Source: an uncultured Arcobacteraceae bacterium (GTDB lineage: Bacteria > Campylobacterota > Campylobacteria > Campylobacterales > Arcobacteraceae). From it: a stretch of 64,000 nt of DNA. The DNA is taken from positions 32,001 to 96,000 of the forward strand of contig CAXHZO010000002.1 in assembly GCA_964022095.1 (NCBI GenBank), read 5' to 3'. The first letter of the stretch is position 1; each line of letters starts with the position of its first letter. The notes beneath the pieces were generated by a model, which was given only the letters and a program-made list of their open reading frames with translations, made no database searches and had not been told where the DNA came from. This document shows, in pieces, positions 18,931 to 28,491 of the stretch. Position numbers and translations under genes: made by a program.

Positions 18931-18952
18931 AAGAGGTTTTATTAAACCTCTT
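18931..18952. terminator. hairpin between convergent genes
   Basis: AAGAGGTTT-tatt-AAACCTCTT. Confidence 0.55.
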
Positions 18953-19142
18953 CTTTAAACTTAGGTGTACATTTTTTTGAAATAATACAAACAGGACAAA
19001 AATCTACAAGTCCAGCAATTAATGGTATAACTCCAAGGTAAAACCATGGGTTTTCTAAATAAAAACCAATTGCAATTAATACTAATCCAACAACAATTCT
19101 AAATGGTCTACAAAAAGCTCTAATCTTGTCAAAAATATTCAT
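18942..19142 (-). CDS. DUF2892 (YgaP-like) membrane protein
   Basis: R...G..LI and GVIPLIAGL..FCP; ATG at 19142 follows AAGGAG. Confidence 0.8.
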   Translation of the reverse strand: MNIFDKIRAFCRPFRIVVGLVLIAIGFYLENPWFYLGVIPLIAGLVDFCPVCIISKKCTPKFKEEV

Positions 19143-19291
19143 TTGTGACTCCTTTATCAATATTATATCTTTTTTTGGAATTATATATAATTAAACTTAA
19201 TATCTATTGAATAAGTTTTACTTATAAATAAATTACTAAACACTAATTAAACATAGTAAGGTTAAAATAAAAAATTAAAAAGGAAAATCAA

Positions 19292-20359
19292 ATGAGAATT
19301 TTTATTATGTTTATGCTTATTTTTCAAGTATCACTTTTTGCAAATTATAGTGCAAAAAAAATTGTTTCAAATCTTGGTGTAGTTTGGGGTATGGACTTTA
19401 TTGATGAAAATAAAATAGTTGTTAATATTAAAGATGGAAAGATTTTATTACATGATTTAAAGCAAAATAAAACTAAAACTTTAATAGAAATTGATGTTTA
19501 TAATAAGGGCCAAGGTGGATTATTAGATGTTAAAATTTCTCCTAATTTTAAAGATGATAAAACAATATTTTTTACTTATGTAAAAAATGTAAACTCTTAT
19601 GGTGCTACAACTTTAGCAAAAGCAAAATTTATAAATGAAAAACTTGAAAACTTTGAAGATATATTAGTGACAAAATCAACAACAAGCAATAATGTACACT
19701 TTGGAAGTAGAATAACTTTCGATAAGAATGGACATATATTTTTTGGAGTAGGTGATAGAGGTACAAGACCTAATGGTCAAGATTTAACCAATCATTCAGG
19801 AACTATAATGAGATTAAATCTTGATGGTTCAATTCCTAAAGATAATCCATTTGTAGCTGATGAATCTATTTTAGATGAAATATATACTTATGGACATAGA
19901 AACCCTCAAGGTCTATTTTATGACAAAAAGAATAATAGATTATGGGAAATTGAGCATGGTCCAAGGGGTGGAGATGAAATTAACTTAATACAAAAGTCAA
20001 AAAATTATGGTTGGCCTGTGGTTTCAAAAGGAAAAGAGTATTGGAATACTTTTAGTGTAGGCGTAAAGCATAAAGATGGGATGGAAGATGCTAAGAAATA
20101 TTACATACCTTCAATTGCTCCTAGTTCAATTGTTTATTATGATCAAGATGTATATAAAGATTTAAAAGGAAAACTTTTAGCAGGGGCTTTAAAACTTACA
20201 CATATAAATATTTTAACACTTGATGAAAATGCAAATATTATAAATGAGGATAGAATTTTAAAAAGCTTAGCTCAAAGAGTAAGAAATATAGCTATTTCGC
20301 CTAAAGGTTATATCTATTTTTCAACTGATAGTGGTAGTATATATTTACTTGAAAAATAG
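19292..20359 (+). CDS. PQQ-dependent sugar dehydrogenase (YliI/GSDH family)
   Basis: GQGGLLDV, HFGSRI, YGHRNPQG, EHGPRGGDEIN and NYGWP. Confidence 0.92.
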   Translation: MRIFIMFMLIFQVSLFANYSAKKIVSNLGVVWGMDFIDENKIVVNIKDGKILLHDLKQNKTKTLIEIDVYNKGQGGLLDVKISPNFKDDKTIFFTYVKNVNSYGATTLAKAKFINEKLENFEDILVTKSTTSNNVHFGSRITFDKNGHIFFGVGDRGTRPNGQDLTNHSGTIMRLNLDGSIPKDNPFVADESILDEIYTYGHRNPQGLFYDKKNNRLWEIEHGPRGGDEINLIQKSKNYGWPVVSKGKEYWNTFSVGVKHKDGMEDAKKYYIPSIAPSSIVYYDQDVYKDLKGKLLAGALKLTHINILTLDENANIINEDRILKSLAQRVRNIAISPKGYIYFSTDSGSIYLLEK

Positions 20360-20374
20360 TCTTGATATTTTTTG

Positions 20375-20411
20375 AAAAAAACTAGAATTCTTCTTTTCTT
20401 CTAGTTTTTTT
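20375..20411. terminator. bidirectional terminator-like hairpin
   Basis: AAAAAAACTAGAA...TTCTAGTTTTTTT between convergent genes. Confidence 0.6.
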
Positions 20412-20460
20412 TCTATTTTATAGGAAAGCTCTTTTAGTTTTTTTGGTTCATAAATATTTT

Positions 20461-21570
20461 TCATTTCTTATCCAAATAGTTTTGAAGCTCTTTTATTGCT
20501 GCTTCATTTTTAATTCTAAATTTTATTTCGATTCTTCTCGAAGCATTTTTATCTTCAACACCTTTTTGTAAAATCATATCTGAATATGACCTTCCACTAG
20601 CGCTTACGTATTTTGTTAGTAAATCTTTATTTACAATATTTGATTCAAATAAAAACTTCATAACTTCTAGTGCTCTTTGTTGTGATAACTCAAGATTAGC
20701 TAAGTATGTACCATCACTATTTGTATGTCCTTCGATTATTATGCTATCAATATATTTTTTTATATCATTATTATCAAAAAGTGCAGACATATAGTTCTTT
20801 AAAATAGATTTTAATTCTTCTTTTGAGTCCTCTTTTAGTTTGTATTCACCTTGTCCAAATAAAATATTTGAAGAGAATTTTATGGCACCACTTTTTGAAT
20901 CAATATCGATTGAATTACCAAGTTTTTCTTTTAGTTTTGTAATTACAGTTAGTTTAATACCTGTTAAGTGTTTGATTTTTGTTTTTGTAATATCAAACTC
21001 TTCTACAAGTTTTTGATGTACTTTTAGCTGCTCTAGTAGTTTATCTTGTAAAAGCCCTAATTCATCATCTTTTAGTTTTATAAAGTTGTTTTTTTCATCA
21101 AGTTTTACTTGTAAGCTATCTAACTTATTTGTTTCATCTTTTAATTTTAATTCATAATCTAAAAGTAGGGCTTTGAGTTTTTCTATTTCTTCATTTGATA
21201 AATTAACATTTTTTAAAGCATCATCTAAAGATAGTTTTAAGTTCTCTTGATTTTCTTCTAGTTGTGAATATAGTTTTTGTGATTGTGCTAAATCAAAAGC
21301 TAATCTAGTATTTTCTTCTAATGAAGATTTTAATTTTTTATTAATATCTTCAAGTTGAGATGTTCTACTTTTTAGCTCTTCTTCACTCATATTTAATGCA
21401 AGTTTTTCTTTTTCTAAATCTGTTTTAATAGCTTGTAGGTCAGTTTGAGTATATAAGTATTTTATAATAATTGCACCAATTACAAGTATAAAAACAAATA
21501 GCAATCCTGCCATTAAATCTGCATAAGATATCCAGAAGTTTTCATTGTTTTCTTTATTATTGTTGTACAT
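20461..21570 (-). CDS. MotB/ZorB-like protein: TM helix, long coiled coil, OmpA-like peptidoglycan-binding domain
   Basis: FWISYADLM TM motif with Asp; IEGHT..G....N.ELSQQRA and SRRIEI. Confidence 0.85.
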   Translation of the reverse strand: MYNNNKENNENFWISYADLMAGLLFVFILVIGAIIIKYLYTQTDLQAIKTDLEKEKLALNMSEEELKSRTSQLEDINKKLKSSLEENTRLAFDLAQSQKLYSQLEENQENLKLSLDDALKNVNLSNEEIEKLKALLLDYELKLKDETNKLDSLQVKLDEKNNFIKLKDDELGLLQDKLLEQLKVHQKLVEEFDITKTKIKHLTGIKLTVITKLKEKLGNSIDIDSKSGAIKFSSNILFGQGEYKLKEDSKEELKSILKNYMSALFDNNDIKKYIDSIIIEGHTNSDGTYLANLELSQQRALEVMKFLFESNIVNKDLLTKYVSASGRSYSDMILQKGVEDKNASRRIEIKFRIKNEAAIKELQNYLDKK

Positions 21571-21572
21571 GA

Positions 21573-22793
21573 CTATTTAGAGATCTCTTTAAACTCTTGT
21601 AAATCTTCAATAATTTTGACTGTTTGCGTATCAATAGCCTCAAGTGAAGTTTTGAGTTTTTCAGTAAATTTTGTATCGTAGTCATCTAATTCTTGTGTAA
21701 ATTTCCAACCAATTTTATCTGTTTCATTTTTCATAGTATTGATATTTTTAATCACACTTGAATAAATCTCTTCAACATTTGTTGAGTTTAGGTTTGAAAG
21801 TGTTGAGTTTAGATTTTCAATATTTTGACTTAAAATATTTGTACTATTTTGATAGTCATCTTTTTGTTCAGTAAATTTTGACATATTTGTCTCTATATTC
21901 AAAGTCATAAGTTTTATTTGTTCGAATAGTTTTTCAAAATTTTCAACATTTGATTTAATATTATGAACTAAAAGTTGCTCTTCTTTGATAATTGTTTCTA
22001 CCACTTGAGCTCTTTTTTCAAGTGAGTTATTGATTTCATTTAATAAATTAGTTGATGTGATTTGCTCAAATAGTTGACTCATTTTTTCAAAGTTTTTCAT
22101 ACTGCTTTGTAAGTGAATTGATTCAATATCAAGTTTTGTCCAAAAGAATGACTTAGTGTTTTCTTTGATAATAAATACATCATGCTCAAACCTACTCATA
22201 CCAATTTTTTCAAAAAATATCCACCAAAGTGATAAAAAAATACCATAAATTGATACATAAAAAGCAGTGCCAACACCACCTAAAAGTACAGTGATTTCTT
22301 TTTCTAAAGCACTAGAAGTTCCAGAAGAAAAATCAGGCATAGAAAATGCAATTGAGATAAATGTACCCAAAATACCAAGTGTGGGAAAAACCCCTGAAGC
22401 TATCGATGAGAAGTTTGTATTTCTAATATTACTAGTGAACTCTTTTAAAAAGTCATCAACATTACCGTTTGCTTTTGTTGTTTCCCCAATAGTTAGAAGA
22501 TTGTCATTTATGTAGTTTTTTAAATGCTCAACTAATTGTTTATATTGAGATTTAAATTTGCATGATACATAATAAGCATTATGTTTTACAAAAAATAGAT
22601 ATATAAAATAAATAAATCCAATAAGAATCACACTATGAATTTCTACTTTTAGTGGAAAATATTCAAAGTAACCAAGTACAACTAATGCAAAAACTAAAGT
22701 TGGAACAGTAAGTAAATTAAAAATTCTAGCACTAGCTTTGCAGTGAGTGTAGAAGTTCTTATTTAGAAATATAAAGTCTTCTCGTGTAACCAT
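21573..22793 (-). CDS. MotA/TolQ/ExbB-family (ZorA-like) channel subunit with long helical tail
   Basis: PTLGILGTF and GTAFYVSIYGI channel helices; about 210-aa heptad-rich C-terminal tail. Confidence 0.8.
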   Translation of the reverse strand: MVTREDFIFLNKNFYTHCKASARIFNLLTVPTLVFALVVLGYFEYFPLKVEIHSVILIGFIYFIYLFFVKHNAYYVSCKFKSQYKQLVEHLKNYINDNLLTIGETTKANGNVDDFLKEFTSNIRNTNFSSIASGVFPTLGILGTFISIAFSMPDFSSGTSSALEKEITVLLGGVGTAFYVSIYGIFLSLWWIFFEKIGMSRFEHDVFIIKENTKSFFWTKLDIESIHLQSSMKNFEKMSQLFEQITSTNLLNEINNSLEKRAQVVETIIKEEQLLVHNIKSNVENFEKLFEQIKLMTLNIETNMSKFTEQKDDYQNSTNILSQNIENLNSTLSNLNSTNVEEIYSSVIKNINTMKNETDKIGWKFTQELDDYDTKFTEKLKTSLEAIDTQTVKIIEDLQEFKEISK

Positions 22794-22856
22794 ATTAAAT
22801 CCCTTTTATGGAAATATTTTAACTTAAAAATATTAACCAATGTATAACAATATTGA

Positions 22857-23558
22857 TTAGATTTTAAACTCTATTTTTTTATTAATACTAATCTCTTTTT
22901 GACTTATATTTGATTGATAAACTAATACTTCAACACCTTGCTTTGTAACTTCCTCAAAAATTTGGGCATACTTTTTATCTATTTCATGTGCAATTCTAAA
23001 AGGTAAATCATCAGTTCTTTGAATTACATATAACATCACAGCTCTATGTCCTTCCTTTGCCATGTCTCTAAGCTCTTCTAAATGTTTTTGACCTCTTGTA
23101 GTTTTAGCATCTGGAAAAGCAAGTATATCTCCAAGATTTAAGCTAACACTTTTAATCTCTACAAAGCATTTTGTATCTTCATTTTCATTCCATAATAAAA
23201 TATCAATTCTAGAGTTTTGATTTCCATATTTTTGTTCAGGCTTTAAGTTATCATAACCTTGAAGCTCTTTTATTACTCCATTTTCAATAGCTTCAATTGC
23301 AATTTTATTTGCAACACCAGTGTTTGTACAAATAAGCTCTTTTCCCATCTTTGTTAATTCTAAAGTATATTTTAATTTTCTTTTTGGATTATCATGATGT
23401 GATACCCATACATCACAATTTTCTTCAATACAACTTGTCATTGCTCCACTATTTGGTACGTGTGCAGTTACTTCTTGTCCATCATCTAGTATGACATCTG
23501 CTAAAAATCTTTTGTATCTTTTTATTAGTTTTCCATGGATTAAATTGTCAAATTGCAT
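22857..23558 (-). CDS. sfsA: DNA/RNA nuclease SfsA
   Basis: RYKRFLAD, HVPNSG, SRIDILL, VEIKSV and FPDAKTTRGQKHL. Confidence 0.93.
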   Translation of the reverse strand: MQFDNLIHGKLIKRYKRFLADVILDDGQEVTAHVPNSGAMTSCIEENCDVWVSHHDNPKRKLKYTLELTKMGKELICTNTGVANKIAIEAIENGVIKELQGYDNLKPEQKYGNQNSRIDILLWNENEDTKCFVEIKSVSLNLGDILAFPDAKTTRGQKHLEELRDMAKEGHRAVMLYVIQRTDDLPFRIAHEIDKKYAQIFEEVTKQGVEVLVYQSNISQKEISINKKIEFKI

Positions 23559-23643
23559 ACAAATTCCTATTAAGTTTTACTATATTTTTTTTATACCAAG
23601 AGTATAATATTAATACTTAATTAGTAATACAAAAGAGGTTATT

Positions 23644-24942
23644 TTGCAAGATAAAATACATAGAAAAAGAGATAAGTCACTAGGACTATTAGAACTAATC
23701 GCTATTGCCCTTGGTGGAATGGTAGGTGGAGGTATTTTCACAATACTAGGTATCTCTGTTTCTATGATTGGTGCATATACTCCTATTGCTATATTTATAG
23801 GTGGAGTAGTTGCAGGTTTTGCTGCTTATTCTTATATAAAATTAGGAGTTTATTATAAAGATGAAGGAGCTTCTTATTCTTTTATAAAAAGAACATTTCC
23901 TAACTCTAAAATAGAAGCTTCACTTATTGGCTGGTGGGTAATATTTGGATATATAAGTACTTTGGCTTTATATTCATATACATTTTCTTCATATGCGATT
24001 AGTTCATATACTGATAGTGATATTGTAAGAAAACTTGTTGCAGGAGCTATTATATTAGTTTTTACACTTATAAATGTTTGGAGTGTAAAAGGTATGGGGA
24101 AAATAGAAGATATCATGGTTTATACTAAATTGATAATCTTAGTTGTAATCTCTTTTGTTTTAATAAATAACTCTCAAACTACACTTCCAGTACTATTTAG
24201 TGAAACTAAAGATGTTAGTTTTAGTGCTATTTTAATAGTTTCTTCTATTACTTTTGTAGCATATGAAGGTTTTCAATTAGTTATAAATGCAGTAAATGAA
24301 ATGCATAATCCAGAAAAAAATATACCAAGAGCAATTTATAGTGCAATTGGTCTTGCTATTTTAATATATGTAATAATAGCCCTTGGAGCAATTTTAGCAA
24401 TTTCTTTTGAAGATATTATCGCAAATGAAGAGTATGCCCTTGCAAGTGGAGCAAATAAAGTATTAGGTCACTTAGGAAATAATCTAGTAATCTTTGGAGC
24501 ACTGCTTGCAACAAGTAGTGCGATTAGTAGTACTTTGTTTGGAGCTTCAAGACAAATGTCTATTGTTGCAAAAGATGGATTGTTCCCAAATTTTTTATCA
24601 AAAAGAAATGAAATAAATATTCCTGTAAATGCTATTTGGACTATGGCAATTTTAGCTTTTATTTTAGTTTTAAGTGGAACTTTACAATTGATTTTAGAGT
24701 TTGGTAGTATTACATTTTTGATTGTTTCACTTCTTATGGCAATAGCAAATTTTAAAATAAAAGATAAAACAAACTCTTCAACTTTTGTTTTGATAGTTTC
24801 AATAATAGTATTAAGTGTAAGTACCTCACTTATAATTTATTATGAATACTTACATCAAATAGAACAACTTTTCTTTATAGTAAGTATTTATGTAGTATTA
24901 ACTTTATCTTCTATTTATTATGCAAAAAAGAGTAAATCTTAA
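23644..24942 (+). CDS. APC family amino acid permease
   Basis: GGMVGGGIF TM1 motif, FVAYEGF, PEKNIPRAI; about 12 TM segments. Confidence 0.88.
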   Translation: MQDKIHRKRDKSLGLLELIAIALGGMVGGGIFTILGISVSMIGAYTPIAIFIGGVVAGFAAYSYIKLGVYYKDEGASYSFIKRTFPNSKIEASLIGWWVIFGYISTLALYSYTFSSYAISSYTDSDIVRKLVAGAIILVFTLINVWSVKGMGKIEDIMVYTKLIILVVISFVLINNSQTTLPVLFSETKDVSFSAILIVSSITFVAYEGFQLVINAVNEMHNPEKNIPRAIYSAIGLAILIYVIIALGAILAISFEDIIANEEYALASGANKVLGHLGNNLVIFGALLATSSAISSTLFGASRQMSIVAKDGLFPNFLSKRNEINIPVNAIWTMAILAFILVLSGTLQLILEFGSITFLIVSLLMAIANFKIKDKTNSSTFVLIVSIIVLSVSTSLIIYYEYLHQIEQLFFIVSIYVVLTLSSIYYAKKSKS

Positions 24943-25820
24943 TCAAAAATTTGATTAGATGAAAATTTATATTTAATATCTAAAAACTCAAACTCTAAAT
25001 AATTTGCTTGCAATAAAAGCCTTGAGTTTTTGGTATATTTTATTCTTTGTTCAAGTGATAAGTTTTTATTTAAAATATCATTAGAAATATTTTCATCTAT
25101 TCCATAAACTGGATCACCTATAATACTATGACCAATTGAGTCTAAGTGAACTCTTATTTGATGTTGCCTTCCAGTTAGTGGTATTGCTTGAATCAAAGTT
25201 TGATCTTTTTCTTTATCATATCTAATTGGTTTAACAAAAGTAATTGATTCTTTTCCATCTTTTGATGTTGTCATTTTTAGTTTTATTTTAGAGTTTGAAT
25301 TTGAAATTGGCTTATCTATTTTTATGTCTTTTTTAAGTTCTTTATTTACAATTGCTAGATATTTTTTAGTGTATTGCTTTGTTTCAAACATAGGTTTTAA
25401 AACAGCTTCACTAAATTTGTTTTTAGAAACTAAAACAAGTCCTGAAGTCTCTTTATCTATTCTATGTACTAAACTAGCATTTTCCCCATATAAATATCTA
25501 ATTTCATCAAGTAGGGTATAAGAATAATCATTTGTTGAAGTAGGATGAACTAATAATCCACTTGGTTTATCAAATATTGCAAAAAAGAAGTTTTCAAAAA
25601 TAGGTTTTAAGCTTTTTGTGCTTGCTTCAAAGGTTGTTATAAAAATAGATTTACATTTTAGTTTTTCATTTTGTTGAATTCTTCTATTTTTTTCATCTGT
25701 AATTTTACCTTTCTTTAAAAGCTCTAAAGTTAAGTTAATATCTAAGTTAATATCTTCATTTAAAAAATCTTCAATTTTTTTGTTTCTAATAGTAGTAAAC
25801 TCTTTTTTTATATATGGCAA
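24939..25820 (-). CDS. RluA-family pseudouridine synthase
   Basis: KPSGLLVHP, HRIDKETSG and TGRQHQIRVH..GDPVYG. Confidence 0.92.
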   Translation of the reverse strand: MPYIKKEFTTIRNKKIEDFLNEDINLDINLTLELLKKGKITDEKNRRIQQNEKLKCKSIFITTFEASTKSLKPIFENFFFAIFDKPSGLLVHPTSTNDYSYTLLDEIRYLYGENASLVHRIDKETSGLVLVSKNKFSEAVLKPMFETKQYTKKYLAIVNKELKKDIKIDKPISNSNSKIKLKMTTSKDGKESITFVKPIRYDKEKDQTLIQAIPLTGRQHQIRVHLDSIGHSIIGDPVYGIDENISNDILNKNLSLEQRIKYTKNSRLLLQANYLEFEFLDIKYKFSSNQIFD

Positions 25821-25900
25821 AACACTTCCTTCAAATCTATTTGAAAGTATACAAAAAGTAAACTAATATAAAATCTAAAATTATTAAAAAAGAGACGCTT

Positions 25901-27469
25901 ATGCCTAAACTGTTCAAAAACTTTATTATCTTTGGTGCAATACTTATTGTAATTCTATCATTTTTTCACAACTTATTTATGTGGTTAACCCTAATTTACT
26001 TTGGAATTGTTTTACTTGGTATTTATGATTTAAGACAGACTAAACATTCATTGTGGAGAAATTTTCCAGTTATTGGTAGATTAAGATGGGTGTTTGAAGA
26101 GTTAAGACCTCCTATTAGACAATATTTTATAGAATCAGATATTGATGGAGTACCAATTAGTAGACAGCAAAGAACTGTTGTTTATAGAAGATCAAAAAAA
26201 CAAGCTAGTACAATTCCTTTTGGTACAAAAATGGATGTATATAAAGATGGTTATGAATGGATTGGACACTCTTTAAATGCACTAAAAGCACACGATTTGC
26301 ACCTAAACCCAAGAGTTAAAATAGGTGGAATAGAGTGTAAAAAACCATATGAAGCTTCTATATTAAATATTTCAGCCATGAGTTTTGGATCACTTAGTGC
26401 AAATGCAGTATTAGCATTAGGACATGGGGCAAAGATTGGAAACTTTGCTTTAAATACAGGTGAGGGTGGATTAAGTAGATATCATTTAGCTACTAATTGT
26501 GATTTAATATGGCAAGTAGGAACTGGATATTTTGGTTGTAGAACAGTTGATGGGAATTTTGATGAAAAGAAATTTGAAGAAAAAAGTCAAAAAGAAAACG
26601 TAAAAATGATAGAAATAAAACTATCTCAAGGTGCAAAACCAGGTCATGGTGGAATATTACCTGCAAATAAAAACACAGCAGAGATTGCAGAAGATAGAGG
26701 AGTTAAAGCAAATACAAGAGTTGATTCTCCTCCCACTCACAGTGCCTTTTCAAATGCAACTGGACTTTTAAGATTTATTCAAAAATTAAGAAAACTAAGT
26801 GGTGGAAAGCCAGTTGGATTTAAACTTTGTGTAGGTAGAAAAGAGGATTTTATTGATATTTGTAAAGCTATGATTGAACTTGATATTAAACCTGATTTTA
26901 TTACAGTTGATGGAGGTGAAGGTGGTACGGGTGCTGCACCATTAGAATATACAAACTCTGTTGGAATGCCTCTTAGAGAAGCATTAGTTTTTGTAATTGA
27001 TTGTTTAAATGGATTTGATTTAAAAGATGATATTAAAGTAATAGCATCTGGAAAAATATTAAATGGAATGGATATTACAAAAGCTTTATGTATAGGTGCT
27101 GATTTAACTGCAAGTGCTAGGGGTATGATGTTAAGTCTAGGATGTATCCAAGCACTAGCATGCCATAAAAATACTTGTCCAACTGGTGTTGCAACACAAG
27201 ATCATAGACTAGCAAAAGGTTTAGTAGTAGAAGATAAAAAACAAAGAGTTGCAAACTTTCATGAAATGACTTTAGAAAGTTTTATAGAAATCCTTGCATC
27301 TGCTGGTTTAGATACTCCAAATAAATTAAATAGAACACATATCTTTAGAAGATTAGATCAAACTACATACAAAAGATATGATGAATTATTCCCAATTATG
27401 CAAAGAGGGGATTTATTAACTGCTCCTTATCCAAAACAGTTTGAAAGGTTTATGATAAAAACTGCTTAG
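25901..27469 (+). CDS. stand-alone FMN-binding glutamate synthase family protein
   Basis: SAMSFGSLS, NTGEGG, EIKLSQGAKPGHGG, DGGEGGTGAA and C-x5-C-x4-CPTGV; N-terminal TM segments. Confidence 0.92.
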   Translation: MPKLFKNFIIFGAILIVILSFFHNLFMWLTLIYFGIVLLGIYDLRQTKHSLWRNFPVIGRLRWVFEELRPPIRQYFIESDIDGVPISRQQRTVVYRRSKKQASTIPFGTKMDVYKDGYEWIGHSLNALKAHDLHLNPRVKIGGIECKKPYEASILNISAMSFGSLSANAVLALGHGAKIGNFALNTGEGGLSRYHLATNCDLIWQVGTGYFGCRTVDGNFDEKKFEEKSQKENVKMIEIKLSQGAKPGHGGILPANKNTAEIAEDRGVKANTRVDSPPTHSAFSNATGLLRFIQKLRKLSGGKPVGFKLCVGRKEDFIDICKAMIELDIKPDFITVDGGEGGTGAAPLEYTNSVGMPLREALVFVIDCLNGFDLKDDIKVIASGKILNGMDITKALCIGADLTASARGMMLSLGCIQALACHKNTCPTGVATQDHRLAKGLVVEDKKQRVANFHEMTLESFIEILASAGLDTPNKLNRTHIFRRLDQTTYKRYDELFPIMQRGDLLTAPYPKQFERFMIKTA

Positions 27470-27518
27470 TCAAAAGTTAATTAACAAAGAAATACAAAAA
27501 AGTTTAATATAATTGCGT

Positions 27519-28427
27519 ATGAATTATGCGCAACTAAAAAATGAAATACTAAAAAATATAAAAAATACTACAAAAGAGATAAAAAGAGTTTTCCACGGAC
27601 GTGGAAACTTTTATGATGATTTTGAATATCTAACAATTGATAGCTTAGATAACTTACTACTAATAAGTCTTTTCAATAAAATAGATGAAGAGGTATATAA
27701 ATCAATTTTAGAAGTTATTGATGAGGTCTTAAAACAAAAAGATTATGAAATAGTTTTAGTTCAACACCGATATAAAAAAGATGAAATATATGAAGTAATA
27801 AAAGGTGAAATACCAAAAGAGTTTATTGCTTATGAAAATGGTTTAAAATATTCACTTAGTTTTTCAAACCAAAATATAGGTTTGTTTTTTGATATGAAAG
27901 CTGGACGAGAATATATTTCTAGTATTTGTAAAGATAAAAATGTATTAAATTTATTTTCTTATACTTGTGCCTTTAGTGTAAGTGCGATAAATGCAGGTGC
28001 ATCAAAAGTAGTAAATGTTGATATGTCAAAGGGTGCATTAAGTACAGGAAGAGTCAATCATCATCTAAATAAACTTGATACAAAAAAAGTAAAATTTATG
28101 CCTTATAATATTTTAAAATCTTGGAGTAGAATTAGAAAAGAAGCCCCATATGATATTATTATAATTGACCCACCATCTTTTCAAAAAGGTAGTTTTGCTG
28201 CAACAAAAGATTATGAAAAGATTATAAAAAAACTTCATGAATTAGCAAATGAAAATTGTATTGTACTATCTTGTTTAAATGCTCCAGAGTTAGATTCAAA
28301 GTTTATAAAAGATAAGTTTGCTGAATTTGCCCAAAGTTTTAAATATGAAAAAACTGTAAAAAATCTAACTGAATTTGTAACAAATAATGAAGAAAAAAGC
28401 TTGAAAAACTTAGTGTTTTTTAAGTAA
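27519..28427 (+). CDS. class I SAM-dependent methyltransferase (RlmI/RlmK-like)
   Basis: GLFFDM, VLNLFSYT, NVD and IIDPPSF; start could be TTG 27513. Confidence 0.85.
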   Translation: MNYAQLKNEILKNIKNTTKEIKRVFHGRGNFYDDFEYLTIDSLDNLLLISLFNKIDEEVYKSILEVIDEVLKQKDYEIVLVQHRYKKDEIYEVIKGEIPKEFIAYENGLKYSLSFSNQNIGLFFDMKAGREYISSICKDKNVLNLFSYTCAFSVSAINAGASKVVNVDMSKGALSTGRVNHHLNKLDTKKVKFMPYNILKSWSRIRKEAPYDIIIIDPPSFQKGSFAATKDYEKIIKKLHELANENCIVLSCLNAPELDSKFIKDKFAEFAQSFKYEKTVKNLTEFVTNNEEKSLKNLVFFK

Positions 28428-28491
28428 AATCAGAGTTTATTTACTTTTTTTTAGATAAAATCCCGACTTTAAAAACACACAAGGAAAATAA

